Shown here: piece by piece, positions 33,998-43,927 of the stretch
Position numbering within the stretch: position 1 is the first letter of the stretch
Layout: every line of letters begins with the position of its first letter
Origin: an uncultured Oscillospiraceae bacterium
Lineage (GTDB): Bacteria > Bacillota > Clostridia > Oscillospirales > Oscillospiraceae
Assembly (NCBI GenBank): GCA_947588605.1
Contig: CANPYK010000010.1
Span: 3,082 to 67,081, forward strand
Reading direction: 5' to 3'
Length of the DNA: 64,000 nt
Translations under genes and position numbers: made by a program
Notes under the pieces: model-generated
Database searches by the model: none
The model's input: only the letters and a program-made list of their open reading frames with translations
Told to the model about the DNA's origin: nothing

Positions 33998-35674
33998 ATG
34001 GAATACAAGACCGACATTGAAATCGCCCAGAGCACGCAAATGGACCACATCACGGCCGTCGCCGACAAGTGCGGCATCGACCGGAAGTACGTGGAGCAGT
34101 ACGGGAACTACAAGGCCAAAATCGACCTGAAGCTCCTTTCGGACTTGGCCGGCAGGCCGGACGGGAAGCTCATCCTGGTCACCGCCATCACCCCCACGCC
34201 GGCGGGGGAGGGGAAGACCACCACCACGGTGGGGCTGGGCGACGCCCTTCGGAAGATCGGCAAAAACTCCGTCATCGCCCTGCGGGAGCCGTCCCTCGGC
34301 CCTGTTTTCGGCGTTAAGGGCGGCGCGGCCGGCGGCGGATACGCCCAGGTGGTGCCCATGGAGGACATCAACCTCCACTTCACCGGCGATTTCCACGCCA
34401 TCGGCGCGGCCAACAACCTGCTGGCGGCCATGCTGGACAACCACATCTATCAGGGCAACACTCTGAACATCGACCCCAAGACCATCACCTGGCGGCGGTG
34501 CGTGGATATGAATGACCGGCAGCTGCGGTTCGTGGTGGACGGCCTGGGCGGCAAGGTCAACGGCACGCCCCGTGAGGACGGGTACGACATCACCGTCGCC
34601 AGCGAGATCATGGCCGTCTTCTGCCTTGCCAAAGACATCACCGACCTCAAGGCCCGCCTCGGGCGGATCATCGTGGCCTACACCTACGACGGCGCGCCTG
34701 TCACCGCCGGCGATCTGAAGGCCGCCGGGGCCATGGCGGCGCTTTTGAAGGACGCCCTCAAGCCCAACCTGGTGCAGACGCTGGAGCACACCCCGGCCTT
34801 TGTCCACGGCGGGCCCTTCGCCAACATCGCCCACGGGTGCAACTCCATCGTCGCCACGCGCCTGGCCCTCAAGCTGGGGGATTACTGCGTCACGGAGGCC
34901 GGCTTCGGCGCGGACCTGGGCGCGGAGAAATTTTTAGACATCAAGTGCCGCATGGCGGGCCTCCGGCCTGACGCCGTGGTCATCGTCGCCACCGTCCGGG
35001 CCCTCAAGATGCACGGGGGCTTAGATAAAAAGGAGCTGGGCACGGAGGACCTGGAGGCCCTCAAGCGCGGCCTTCCCAACCTCCTCCAGCACGTGGAGAA
35101 CATCACCCAGGTCTACAAGCTCCCCGCCGTCGTCGCCGTCAACCGCTTCCCCACGGACACGGAAGCCGAGCTCAAGCTGGTGGAGGACGAGTGCAAAAAA
35201 CTGGGCGTCAACGTGGCCCTCAGCGAGGTCTGGGGCAAGGGCGGCGAAGGCGGCGTGGCCCTGGCCGAAGAGGTGGTGCGCCTTTGCGAGACGCCCAATG
35301 ACTTTACCTTCTCCTACGACACGGAAAAGCCTATTGTGGAGAAGCTGGAGGAAATTTCCAAGAAAATCTACCATGCCGACGGCGTGGAGCTCACCGCCGG
35401 GGCGAAGAAGCAGGCGCGGCAGCTCACGCAGCTGGGCTTCGGCAATACCCCCATCTGCATGGCCAAGACGCAGTACAGCTTTTCCGACGACCCCAAGCTC
35501 CTGGGCGCGCCCCGCGGCTTCAAGATCACCGTCCGGAACCTCAAAGTCTCCGCCGGCGCGGGCTTCATCGTGGCCCTCACCGGCGATGTGATGACCATGC
35601 CCGGCCTTCCCAAGGTCCCGGCGGCGGAGAAGATCGACGTGGACGAGAACGGCGTCATCTCCGGGCTCTTTTAA
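33998..35674 (+). CDS. fhs: Formate--tetrahydrofolate ligase
   Basis: [11 protein letters not shown]..., P-loop-like [16 protein letters not shown], ...[30 protein letters not shown]... Confidence 0.95.
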   Translation: MEYKTDIEIAQSTQMDHITAVADKCGIDRKYVEQYGNYKAKIDLKLLSDLAGRPDGKLILVTAITPTPAGEGKTTTTVGLGDALRKIGKNSVIALREPSLGPVFGVKGGAAGGGYAQVVPMEDINLHFTGDFHAIGAANNLLAAMLDNHIYQGNTLNIDPKTITWRRCVDMNDRQLRFVVDGLGGKVNGTPREDGYDITVASEIMAVFCLAKDITDLKARLGRIIVAYTYDGAPVTAGDLKAAGAMAALLKDALKPNLVQTLEHTPAFVHGGPFANIAHGCNSIVATRLALKLGDYCVTEAGFGADLGAEKFLDIKCRMAGLRPDAVVIVATVRALKMHGGLDKKELGTEDLEALKRGLPNLLQHVENITQVYKLPAVVAVNRFPTDTEAELKLVEDECKKLGVNVALSEVWGKGGEGGVALAEEVVRLCETPNDFTFSYDTEKPIVEKLEEISKKIYHADGVELTAGAKKQARQLTQLGFGNTPICMAKTQYSFSDDPKLLGAPRGFKITVRNLKVSAGAGFIVALTGDVMTMPGLPKVPAAEKIDVDENGVISGLF

Positions 35675-35685
35675 GGAGAATTTTG

Positions 35686-36309
35686 ATGGAAACATCCATG
35701 CGGGAAGCAAATTTGAACGATTTCACCGCCGTCCTCGCCTCCAAAGCCCCGGTCCCCGGCGGCGGGGGCGCGGCGGCGCTCAGTGGGGCGCTGGCCTCGG
35801 CGCTGGCGTCCATGGTCTGCGCCCTGACCACGGGAAAAAAGAAATACGCCGTCTACGAGGACGACCTTAAACGCGTCGCCGAGAGGGCCGAGGGCCTGCG
35901 GCTTGCGCTCCTGGCCGACATCGACGCCGACGCGGCGGCCTTCGAGCCGCTGTCAAAAGCCTACGCCATCCCCAAGGACGCCCCGGAGCGAGCCGAGGTC
36001 ATGGAGAGCGCCCTGCGGGCGGCCTGCGAGGCGCCCATGGGCATCGCGAGGCGCTGCGGGGAGGCCATCGAGCTCCTTGCGGAGCTTGCCGACAAGGGCT
36101 GCGCCATCGCCGTCTCCGACGTGGGCGTAGGCGCCCAGCTTGCCCGCGCCTCCCTCCTCTCCGCCGGCCTCAACGTGCGCATCAACATAAAGTCCATGAC
36201 CGACCGCCCCCACGCCGCCCACTGCGCCGCGGAGCTTGCGTCCCTGGAGACAAAATACCTCCCCCTGGCCGAGGAAACCTACCAAAAGGTCCTCGGACGG
36301 ATCGGGTAA
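35686..36309 (+). CDS. Cyclodeaminase/cyclohydrolase family protein (methenyl-THF cyclohydrolase-like)
   Basis: FTAVLASKAPVPGGGGAAALSGALASALASMV...DAAAFEPLSKAY is typical of the FtcD C-terminal/FchA family. Directly after fhs. Confidence 0.8.
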   Translation: METSMREANLNDFTAVLASKAPVPGGGGAAALSGALASALASMVCALTTGKKKYAVYEDDLKRVAERAEGLRLALLADIDADAAAFEPLSKAYAIPKDAPERAEVMESALRAACEAPMGIARRCGEAIELLAELADKGCAIAVSDVGVGAQLARASLLSAGLNVRINIKSMTDRPHAAHCAAELASLETKYLPLAEETYQKVLGRIG

Positions 36310-36324
36310 AGGGGGGAAAGGGAG

Positions 36325-37170
36325 ATGAGCCGCGTCCTTTGCCGGTATGTCTGCGAAAGCTCCAGGCCCCTTCTCGCGGCCCTGGAGGAGCGTGGCGTCC
36401 GCTATGAGTGCCCCGAGCCCCTGCCGGGCGCGGCGCGGTGGGCGGTCTTTACCGTGGACCGGGCCCGGTTGGCGGACCGGGAGCTATTTGAGCTTGCGGA
36501 GGCGCACAAAATCAGCTGTCTGCTCACCAGACAGTACACAAAGCGGGAGATGGAGGACACCCGGTTTTTCACCGTCCGGTGCGATCTCAGGAAGCTTGCC
36601 GTCCGGGAGGACCCCCAGACGACCTGGGTGTATCCCTGCGGGCACGGAAACGGCGTCTTCTGCCGGCGCGTCCAGACGGGTCCCTTCGTGTGCGCAGGCC
36701 CGTTCCGCTGGATGGGCCAACACCACTGGGTCAGCGAGACAGGCTTCTCCCCACCGCTTTTCTGCGATACCGTGACCAGAGAGGCCCTGGAGGAGGCTGA
36801 CCTTGCGGGCGTCCGTTTCCTCCCGGTTTTTGATAGGGACGGCGCGGAGCCTCTTCCGAACCTCCACCAGCTCCTGCCTGAGAAAATCCTGCCGCGGGAG
36901 GCCCTTGTCCTGCCGGAAAACGGCGAGGACTGCCGCCTGAAGCCCTGCCCCCTGTGCGGCGCGCCTCATTATCTCCTTACCGGCGCTTTCCAGCTCAAGG
37001 CGCGGGAAAAATACCTTGCGGAGGGCGACATCTTCGCCACCGAGGCGCTCTTCGGCGACCTGTACGCCAGGAGCATGATCATCGTCTCACAAACCTTCTT
37101 CCGGCTTTTGCGAGACAAGAAGCTGGATAAGAATTTACGGTTCGAGCCTGTCGCGCTGGAATCGGCATAA
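36325..37170 (+). CDS. Hypothetical protein (Cys-rich, one CPLCG motif)
   Basis: GC3-rich ORF with a purine-rich SD (GGGGGGAAAGGGAG), 15 nt after the previous gene. No family recognised with confidence. Confidence 0.6.
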   Translation: MSRVLCRYVCESSRPLLAALEERGVRYECPEPLPGAARWAVFTVDRARLADRELFELAEAHKISCLLTRQYTKREMEDTRFFTVRCDLRKLAVREDPQTTWVYPCGHGNGVFCRRVQTGPFVCAGPFRWMGQHHWVSETGFSPPLFCDTVTREALEEADLAGVRFLPVFDRDGAEPLPNLHQLLPEKILPREALVLPENGEDCRLKPCPLCGAPHYLLTGAFQLKAREKYLAEGDIFATEALFGDLYARSMIIVSQTFFRLLRDKKLDKNLRFEPVALESA

Positions 37171-37185
37171 GAAGGTGCCCCCAAA

Positions 37186-37446
37186 ATGCTTACGGAAGTT
37201 TGCCTGGGCGACTATCTCGTGGCAATAGACCGGGACGCGACGCGGGAGTGGTACGCGAAGGCGGAGGGGTGGAGCTGTTCCTGCGGGGACTGCCGGAATT
37301 TCCTGGCGCTGGCCAGGGCGGGGCGCCTGCCGGAGCCCGTTCTTTCCCTCCTTGATTCCATGGGGATACCGCCCCCTACGGAGCCCCCGGTTTCCCCAAA
37401 CCGCATTTTGATTTGGGCTTCTAGTTTGTGTTCCCGTTTTAGATAG
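37186..37446 (+). CDS. Hypothetical small protein, possibly 3'-truncated (CSCGDCRNF motif)
   Basis: The ORF starts in GC-rich DNA. Its last ~15 codons and stop lie in the abrupt low-GC segment that begins near 37395. Confidence 0.4.
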   Translation: MLTEVCLGDYLVAIDRDATREWYAKAEGWSCSCGDCRNFLALARAGRLPEPVLSLLDSMGIPPPTEPPVSPNRILIWASSLCSRFR

Positions 37447-37534
37447 CTGGATAATATACACAATTGTGGTGTACCACGGCAGATCAGGGGCAAAGCACCG
37501 ACAGAGAAATCTAGATAGTTGCAGGAAAATCAGT

Positions 37535-37870
37535 ATGAAAATCAGCATAGATTTCGGACATCCATATTTTGATTCAAAAGATATTTTCAACCTGACGCTT
37601 AATGATTTGAATGACTTTTATGGGGATGAAAATGAGGTCAATCGACTTAACCTGTTCTTTGTATTAGAGGCGTCATTACACAGGTTTCAGAGAGAGAACA
37701 GTTTGAAAGCCGCCGCCCGCTGTGCGTTTTTCATGGCGTATTATCTCTTCATAGCATTGACACCTCCTGCATCTTGGGAGTTAGCAGAGTTTTATATTGA
37801 CAGGGCATTAGAGTGGGATGAAACGCCGGAATACAGCCAATGGAAGAAAAACATAGATGAGGGAAATTGA
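37535..37870 (+). CDS. Hypothetical protein encoded in a low-GC segment
   Basis: 111-aa ORF (MKISIDFGHPYFDSKDIF...) with AT-rich codons unlike its neighbours. No clear SD seen. Confidence 0.5.
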   Translation: MKISIDFGHPYFDSKDIFNLTLNDLNDFYGDENEVNRLNLFFVLEASLHRFQRENSLKAAARCAFFMAYYLFIALTPPASWELAEFYIDRALEWDETPEYSQWKKNIDEGN

Positions 37871-37938
37871 TCAATTCCCGTGTGGAGGTCCCTCTATACG
37901 GGAAAACAACGGAGATCGACAGAAAGGAGAAGGACTTC

Positions 37939-40212
37939 ATGCGGAAACTCGCTTGGGTGGCCTTCTCCTTTGCGTTGGGGATCTTTGCCGCGCAATATTT
38001 TTTTCCGGCGCGGGTCCTGCCGCTGGCGGCGGCGGGCGTGATGGCGGCGGGGCTGGGGCTCTACGCGCTCATTCGGACCGACAAGCGCCGGGCGGCGGTG
38101 CTGGCGGCCTTCGGGCTGGCGGTGGGGTTTCTCTGGGACTTCGGGTATGACGCGCTCGTCTTCTCCCACGCCCGGGCGCTGGACGGCGCGACCGCGTCCG
38201 TCACCGCCACGGTGGCGGATTTCCCGGCGGAGACGGAGTACGGCGCTTACGTGGACGTGAAGGTCCGCGCCGGGGGACCGGTGCCCCTGGGCGGGCGGGT
38301 GTATGTCTACGACGGCTCCATGGACGGTCTCAGGCCGGGGGACGAGGTGCGCTTCACCGCCAAGATTGCCACCGCCGACAAGGTCCGAGACCGGACGATC
38401 ACCGGTTATACCTCCCGGGGGACGTTCCTCTTCCTCCGGGGCGTCGAGGATCTGGAGGTCCTTGACTCTCCCGGCGTCACCTTTCGGAATTTCCCCGCCT
38501 ACGCCGCCCGGTCCATCAAGGAGCACATCCGCCGGATCTTCCCTCTGAACGCGGACGGCTTCATGCTGGCCCTGCTCACCGGCGACCGGTCTGTTCTCAA
38601 CACTGACGCCGCCGCCGTCAGCGATATGGAGCGGGCGGGCATCACCCACATCGTGGCGGTGTCCGGGATGCACGTGGCGATCCTGGCCGGGTTCCTCATA
38701 GCCGTGCTGGGAAAACGCCGCTGGACCATCCTTGTCATCGCGCCGGTGCTCCTTATGTTCATGGCCGTCTCCGGCGGCTCGCCGTCGGTGGTGCGGGCGG
38801 TGGTGATGCAGCTTTTTGTGCTGACGGCGCCTCTCGTCATGCGGGAGAGCGACAGCCTCACGAGCCTGTCAGCGGCGCTGATGCTCCTTTTGATGCTAAA
38901 TCCCTACGCCGTGGCGGGGGTGGGCCTCCAGCTGTCCTTCGCCGCCACCTTGGGCATCATCCTCCTCTCCCCGCGCCTCCAGGCGCGGCTTGAAAAGCAC
39001 GCGCCGGAGAAAAAGGGCTTCAAGCGCCGCGTTTATCTCACCGTGGCGCGGTCGATCTCCACCTCCCTCGGCGCGCTGGCGCTGACGATGCCCATCTCGG
39101 CGTGGACGTTTGAGAGCGTATCGCTGGTGGCGCCCCTTTCCAACCTTCTGATCCTCTGGGCGGTGTCGCCGGCCTTCCTCCTGGGGGCCGTGGCGGTGGG
39201 GCTTTCGTATGTGTGGCTCCCGCTGGGGCGGCTGGTGGGGTTTTATCCGGCGTTTGCGGCGCGGGCTATTCTGTTCGCGGCCAAGGTCCTGGCAAAGCCG
39301 CGCGCGGCCTGCGTCTACCTCACGGACCCGGCGATGCTGTGGGTGCTTATCGTCTTCTACGTCCTGTGCGCGGCGTTGGTGATCCGCAGAGCCCGCCTGC
39401 GCGCCTTCCTTCCGGTGGTGTGCGCCGGGACGGTGGCGGTGTGCGGCGTCCTGGTGTGGCGGGACCTGTCCGACCGGACACGGGCGGGCTACACCCTGAC
39501 GGCGTTGGACGTGGGGCAGGGGCAGAGCCTGGTCATCACCAGCGCCGGACACACTGCCGTGGTGGACTGCGGCTCCTCCAGTGGTGTGAACGCCGGGGCC
39601 ATTGCGGAGCGGACGATTCGTTCTCTTGGCCGGGACAGCCTGGACGCGCTGATCCTCACCCACTACCACGCCGACCACGCCGGGGGCGTGGAGAGGCTCC
39701 TTGCCACGCTGGGCGTAGCGGCCCTCATCGTCCCGGAGCCGGACTTTGCGGAGAGCGACCTGGACGAGACGGTCCTGGCCGCCGCCGAGAAAGCCGGCAC
39801 GCAAATTGTTTTCGTCACGGACCTCACATCGCTTTCCCTGGGGGAGGCCGACATCACCCTCTACCCGCCCATCGGCGGGGAATCGGAAAACGAGCGGGGC
39901 CTCTTCGTCACGGTCTCGGCGGACGGGTTCGACACGCTGATCACCGGCGACGCGCCGGGGTATCTGGAGCGGCTCTTTCTGGCAAGCTATGCCGTGCCGG
40001 ACATCGAGTGCCTCATCGTGGGGCACCACGGCTCGGCCAGCTCCACCACGGACTTCCTTTTGGATACCTTAAAGCCGGAGACGGCTGTCATCTCCGTGGG
40101 GGAGAACAGCTACGGGCATCCCACGCCCGAGGTCCTGGAGCGGCTTGAAAGCCGGGGCATCCCCGTCCTGCGCACGGACGTGGACGGCAATATCATGGTC
40201 ACATCGAGGTGA
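37939..40212 (+). CDS. comEC: DNA internalization-related competence protein ComEC/Rec2
   Basis: Polytopic competence domain (ITHIVAVSGMHVAIL) plus C-terminal MBL domain (LILTHYHADHAGG ... VGHHGS). GGAGAAGG SD. Confidence 0.9.
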   Translation: MRKLAWVAFSFALGIFAAQYFFPARVLPLAAAGVMAAGLGLYALIRTDKRRAAVLAAFGLAVGFLWDFGYDALVFSHARALDGATASVTATVADFPAETEYGAYVDVKVRAGGPVPLGGRVYVYDGSMDGLRPGDEVRFTAKIATADKVRDRTITGYTSRGTFLFLRGVEDLEVLDSPGVTFRNFPAYAARSIKEHIRRIFPLNADGFMLALLTGDRSVLNTDAAAVSDMERAGITHIVAVSGMHVAILAGFLIAVLGKRRWTILVIAPVLLMFMAVSGGSPSVVRAVVMQLFVLTAPLVMRESDSLTSLSAALMLLLMLNPYAVAGVGLQLSFAATLGIILLSPRLQARLEKHAPEKKGFKRRVYLTVARSISTSLGALALTMPISAWTFESVSLVAPLSNLLILWAVSPAFLLGAVAVGLSYVWLPLGRLVGFYPAFAARAILFAAKVLAKPRAACVYLTDPAMLWVLIVFYVLCAALVIRRARLRAFLPVVCAGTVAVCGVLVWRDLSDRTRAGYTLTALDVGQGQSLVITSAGHTAVVDCGSSSGVNAGAIAERTIRSLGRDSLDALILTHYHADHAGGVERLLATLGVAALIVPEPDFAESDLDETVLAAAEKAGTQIVFVTDLTSLSLGEADITLYPPIGGESENERGLFVTVSADGFDTLITGDAPGYLERLFLASYAVPDIECLIVGHHGSASSTTDFLLDTLKPETAVISVGENSYGHPTPEVLERLESRGIPVLRTDVDGNIMVTSR

Positions 40213-40216
40213 GCAC

Positions 40217-41251
40217 ATGGCATACGGAAAAAAGGACCAGGAAAACGAGGCGTATCAGAAGCTCCGCGCCGATTTGAAGGCCGGCACGCCCGGGCGGCTC
40301 TACGTCTTCCGGGGCGAGGAGCGGTATCTTCTGGAAAACGCCGTCGCGACCCTGCGGGCCATGATCCCGGAGGAGACGCGGGAATTTAACCACCACCGGC
40401 TGGAGGGCCGGACGTTGGGCGCGGACGACCTCCAGGAGGCGGTGGACGCCCTGCCGGTGTTCGCCGAGCGCACGCTGACGGAGGTCTGGGACTACGACTT
40501 TTCCAAGATGGGGGAGGAGACGCGGCGGGATTTTACCCGCATCCTCTCGGACATCCCCGACTACGCCACCGTGGTCTTCGCCTTCGACACGGTGGAATAT
40601 AAGCTGGACGGGCGGGTGAACGCCAACAAGGAGCTCAAAAGCCTCTTCACGGAGGTGGAGTTCACCGTCCAGTCCGACTATGACCTTACAAAATGGCTGG
40701 CAAAGCAGTTCGCCGCCGCCGGCAAAAGGCTGGACCGGGACGCCGCCGCGCGGCTCATCGAGATGACCGGCGGGCTCATGACGACCATGAAGACGGAGGC
40801 GGAGAAGCTCATAAGCTACGTCCCCGGCGATACGGTGACCGTCCGGGACGTGGAGGCGGTGGTGACGCCCACGCCGGACGCGGCGGTCTGGGAGCTGACG
40901 GACGCGCTTTTGGCCCGGAAAAACGACCTTGCCATGGAAAAGCTCACCGCCCTCATTTTGATGGACGAGGCGCCCCACAAGATCCTCTACACCGTCTCCC
41001 AAAAGCTCCGCCAGCTGTTGATCGCCAAGCTCTGCCAGGAAAACCGCACGGATCTGGAGGGCTTCATGAAGCTCGCCGACATGAAATACCGCTTCCAGGC
41101 CAAGGCCGTCTTCGACGCCGCCCGCCGCACGGACCTTCCCCGGTGCAGGGCCATGACCGAGCTTGCGGCGGACACGGCCTTAAAGCTCAACAGCACCTCC
41201 GGCGACGACCGGGCCCTGCTCACCGAGCTTGTGGCGAGGCTCCTCCTATGA
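40217..41251 (+). CDS. holA: DNA polymerase III subunit delta
   Basis: About 344 aa, with YVFRGEERYLLENAV near the N-terminus. Canonical comEC-holA synteny. Confidence 0.85.
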   Translation: MAYGKKDQENEAYQKLRADLKAGTPGRLYVFRGEERYLLENAVATLRAMIPEETREFNHHRLEGRTLGADDLQEAVDALPVFAERTLTEVWDYDFSKMGEETRRDFTRILSDIPDYATVVFAFDTVEYKLDGRVNANKELKSLFTEVEFTVQSDYDLTKWLAKQFAAAGKRLDRDAAARLIEMTGGLMTTMKTEAEKLISYVPGDTVTVRDVEAVVTPTPDAAVWELTDALLARKNDLAMEKLTALILMDEAPHKILYTVSQKLRQLLIAKLCQENRTDLEGFMKLADMKYRFQAKAVFDAARRTDLPRCRAMTELAADTALKLNSTSGDDRALLTELVARLLL

Positions 41252-41847
41252 AGAGAAAGATCCGCGAGGCCATCGTCGTGGAGGGCCGCTACGACAAAAA
41301 CGCCGTGAGCCAGGCGGTGGACGCCCTCATTTTGGAGACGGAGGGCTTCGGCATCTTCCGGGACGCGGAGAAGCTGAAGCTCATCCGCGCCGTGGCGGAA
41401 AAGCGCGGCGTCATCCTGCTCACCGATCCGGACAGCGCGGGGTTCCTCATCCGCAATCACCTCAAGGGCGCGCTGGCGGGGGTATCCGTCAAGGAGGCGT
41501 ACATCCCCGACGTTTTGGGCAAGGAGCGGCGCAAGGCCGCCCCCTCCCGGGAGGGGAAGCTGGGGGTGGAGGGCGTGCCGCCGGAGGTCATCTTGGAGGC
41601 CCTGCGCCGCGCCGGGGCGACCTTCGAGGATGAGGAAAGCTTCCCGGAGGTCCGGGGCGCCCTGACGAAGGCGGATTTTCTGGAGCTGGGCCTCACCGGC
41701 CCCGGCAGCCGCGCCAAACGGGCGGCACTCCTCAGGGCGCTGGACCTGCCCGAGCGGCTGACGGCCAACGCGCTTCTGGACGTTTTGAACATCCTCATGG
41801 ACAAAACGGAGCTTGTCAGTCTCCTTTCATCTTTGCGTCCACAATGA
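41248..41847 (+). CDS. rnmV: Ribonuclease M5 (Toprim domain)
   Basis: IREAIVVEGRYDKNAVSQ...GVILLTDPDSAGFLIRNHL resembles the RnmV Toprim core. ATGA overlap with holA. Confidence 0.85.
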   Translation: MKRKIREAIVVEGRYDKNAVSQAVDALILETEGFGIFRDAEKLKLIRAVAEKRGVILLTDPDSAGFLIRNHLKGALAGVSVKEAYIPDVLGKERRKAAPSREGKLGVEGVPPEVILEALRRAGATFEDEESFPEVRGALTKADFLELGLTGPGSRAKRAALLRALDLPERLTANALLDVLNILMDKTELVSLLSSLRPQ

Positions 41848-42073
41848 GCGCCCCCAGGGACGCCACCAGCAGGACCCCCTGCGGGGCCCGGTAGAGATCG
41901 GCGGAGAGCCTGAGAATATGTACGTTTCGCGCCGTCAAGGGCCCGGCCCACACCGCCAGCATCAGCGACAGCGCCAGCAGGGCGCAGGAGAGGGCGAGGC
42001 AGGAGCGCAGGAGCCGCCGCGCCGGCGGGGAAATGTTCTCGCCGGCAAGAAGCCGGCGGAGCTTTTTTCGCAT
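41816..42073 (-). CDS. Small hydrophobic protein, unknown function
   Basis: 85 aa, GC3-rich, GGGGGTGG SD 5 nt upstream, two hydrophobic segments. Its 3' end overlaps the 3' end of rnmV by 32 nt. Confidence 0.5.
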   Translation of the reverse strand: MRKKLRRLLAGENISPPARRLLRSCLALSCALLALSLMLAVWAGPLTARNVHILRLSADLYRAPQGVLLVASLGALIVDAKMKGD

Positions 42074-42239
42074 AGGACCACCCCCAGCCTTATTTTACGG
42101 TACCGGGGGAGCCGTTGCAAGGCAAAAAATCTGGGGCGTCTGTGTCGAATTTCCAAAAAAATTATAAAATTTGACTGTACAAGCCTTGGGGGATTTGATA
42201 TAATTATAATTGAGTTAGTAACTAAAAGGGGGCTTTTCC

Positions 42240-42689
<450 letters not shown>

Positions 42690-42700
42690 ACAGATAAAAA

Positions 42701-42729
42701 GGAGACAGTCCGCGGACGTCTCCTTTTTT
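42701..42729. terminator. Bidirectional terminator between nrdR and the DUF4363 gene
   Basis: GGAGACAGTCCG/CGGACGTCTCC hairpin flanked by AAAAA and TTTTTT. Confidence 0.8.
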
Positions 42730-42730
42730 G

Positions 42731-43111
42731 TTAGAAAATGCTCCCGAAATCAAAGCTCTCCATCCTCGCGATGGACTTGAGGTGCTCCCGCACCAGGGCG
42801 GAGGCGGCTTTTGTGGCGGCGGGGTCCCGGGTGTAGATGTGCTCGGTGAGCTCAAAAAAGTCGTCGGTCAGCGTCTCGATGTCCGTGTGGCGGAGGACGA
42901 TGGCGGTGTAGCCCTCGTGCTTTTGCCAGAGGGCGATGGCGGATTCCAGCTTTCGCCGGCTGTCCGCCCAGTTTTCGTCCTCGGCGGCCTTGGCGGAGTC
43001 CCGGACCAGCGCCTCCAGGTCCCCGCAGAGACTGCCGATGGCGCGGGTATTGAGGACAGAGAAAACAAGGATGAGGGCCAGCAGGGCCACGGCGAAGAGC
43101 TCCTTTTTCAC
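42731..43111 (-). CDS. DUF4363-like small membrane-anchored protein
   Basis: GTG start with a GGAGGG SD and a GTGA overlap with the upstream DUF421 gene. N-terminal TM then a helical domain. Confidence 0.6.
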   Translation of the reverse strand: MKKELFAVALLALILVFSVLNTRAIGSLCGDLEALVRDSAKAAEDENWADSRRKLESAIALWQKHEGYTAIVLRHTDIETLTDDFFELTEHIYTRDPAATKAASALVREHLKSIARMESFDFGSIF

Positions 43112-43788
43112 GACTTGCCCTCCTTTTCCGCGTAGTAGACCTTCCCGGCGGCGTCTACGGTCATGAGGTAGACGTGTTTGATGTCGATGCCGCCGTGCTG
43201 GGCGATCTGAGTGTTGATCCAAGCTTCATCCAGGCCCAGGAGCTTCAAATTGTCGCTCATGACCCGCCCCTCGCTGACCACTGTGACGGGAAGGCCGTTG
43301 TCCGGGGCGTCCAGTTGCATCTCCTCCGGCGTCACGGCGGAGAATTTGGCGTAGGGGAGTACCGAGAGGGTCCCGTCCGTCTCCAAAATGGCGTGGCGCA
43401 CCGTGGAAATATCCGTGACGCCGTTGATGCGCAGCTCCACGTACAGCTCGTCCACGCTGATGCGGCATTTTTTCATCTCCGATTGGACGATCGCGCCGTT
43501 GTCGATGAGGATGCTGGGCTTGCCGGACACGAGCCGCCGGAAGCGCCCGTGCTTGACGCTGATGCCGGAGATGACCAGCTGACAGCAAAGGAGCGTCAGC
43601 ACCGGCACGATGCCGTAGAGCAGGGGCGTGCCCGTGTCCTGGAGCGGTTGGGCGGCGAGATTGGAGATGAGCACCGCCGTCACCAGCTCCAAGGGCTCCA
43701 GCTCCCCCAGCTGGCGCTTGCCCATGATGCGGATGGCGACGATGAGCAGGAGAAAAACGATGACCGTCCTTACAAAGCTGACGCCCAT
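43108..43788 (-). CDS. DUF421 (YetF-like) membrane protein
   Basis: RIMGKRQLGELEPLELVTAVLISNLAA ... SVDELYVELRINGV is the typical YetF/DUF421 signature. AGGAGG SD. Confidence 0.8.
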   Translation of the reverse strand: MGVSFVRTVIVFLLLIVAIRIMGKRQLGELEPLELVTAVLISNLAAQPLQDTGTPLLYGIVPVLTLLCCQLVISGISVKHGRFRRLVSGKPSILIDNGAIVQSEMKKCRISVDELYVELRINGVTDISTVRHAILETDGTLSVLPYAKFSAVTPEEMQLDAPDNGLPVTVVSEGRVMSDNLKLLGLDEAWINTQIAQHGGIDIKHVYLMTVDAAGKVYYAEKEGKS

Positions 43789-43927
43789 GGGACACCTCCT
43801 TTTTGTGTCCTTTATTTTTACCGGAAAGGCGGGCAATATGCAAAAAGCGCCGCCGGAGCGTTTATTTTCTTGACACCGGGGGAAATCGGGAATAAACTAG
43901 TATAGAATCACATCCCGGGAGGCAGTT

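Noticed and set aside
43837-43927. glmS-ribozyme-like element upstream of glmM
   Set aside because: The region is only ~90 nt, holds a plausible TTGACA-17-TAAACT promoter, and is far too short for the ribozyme, which in any case regulates glmS rather than glmM.
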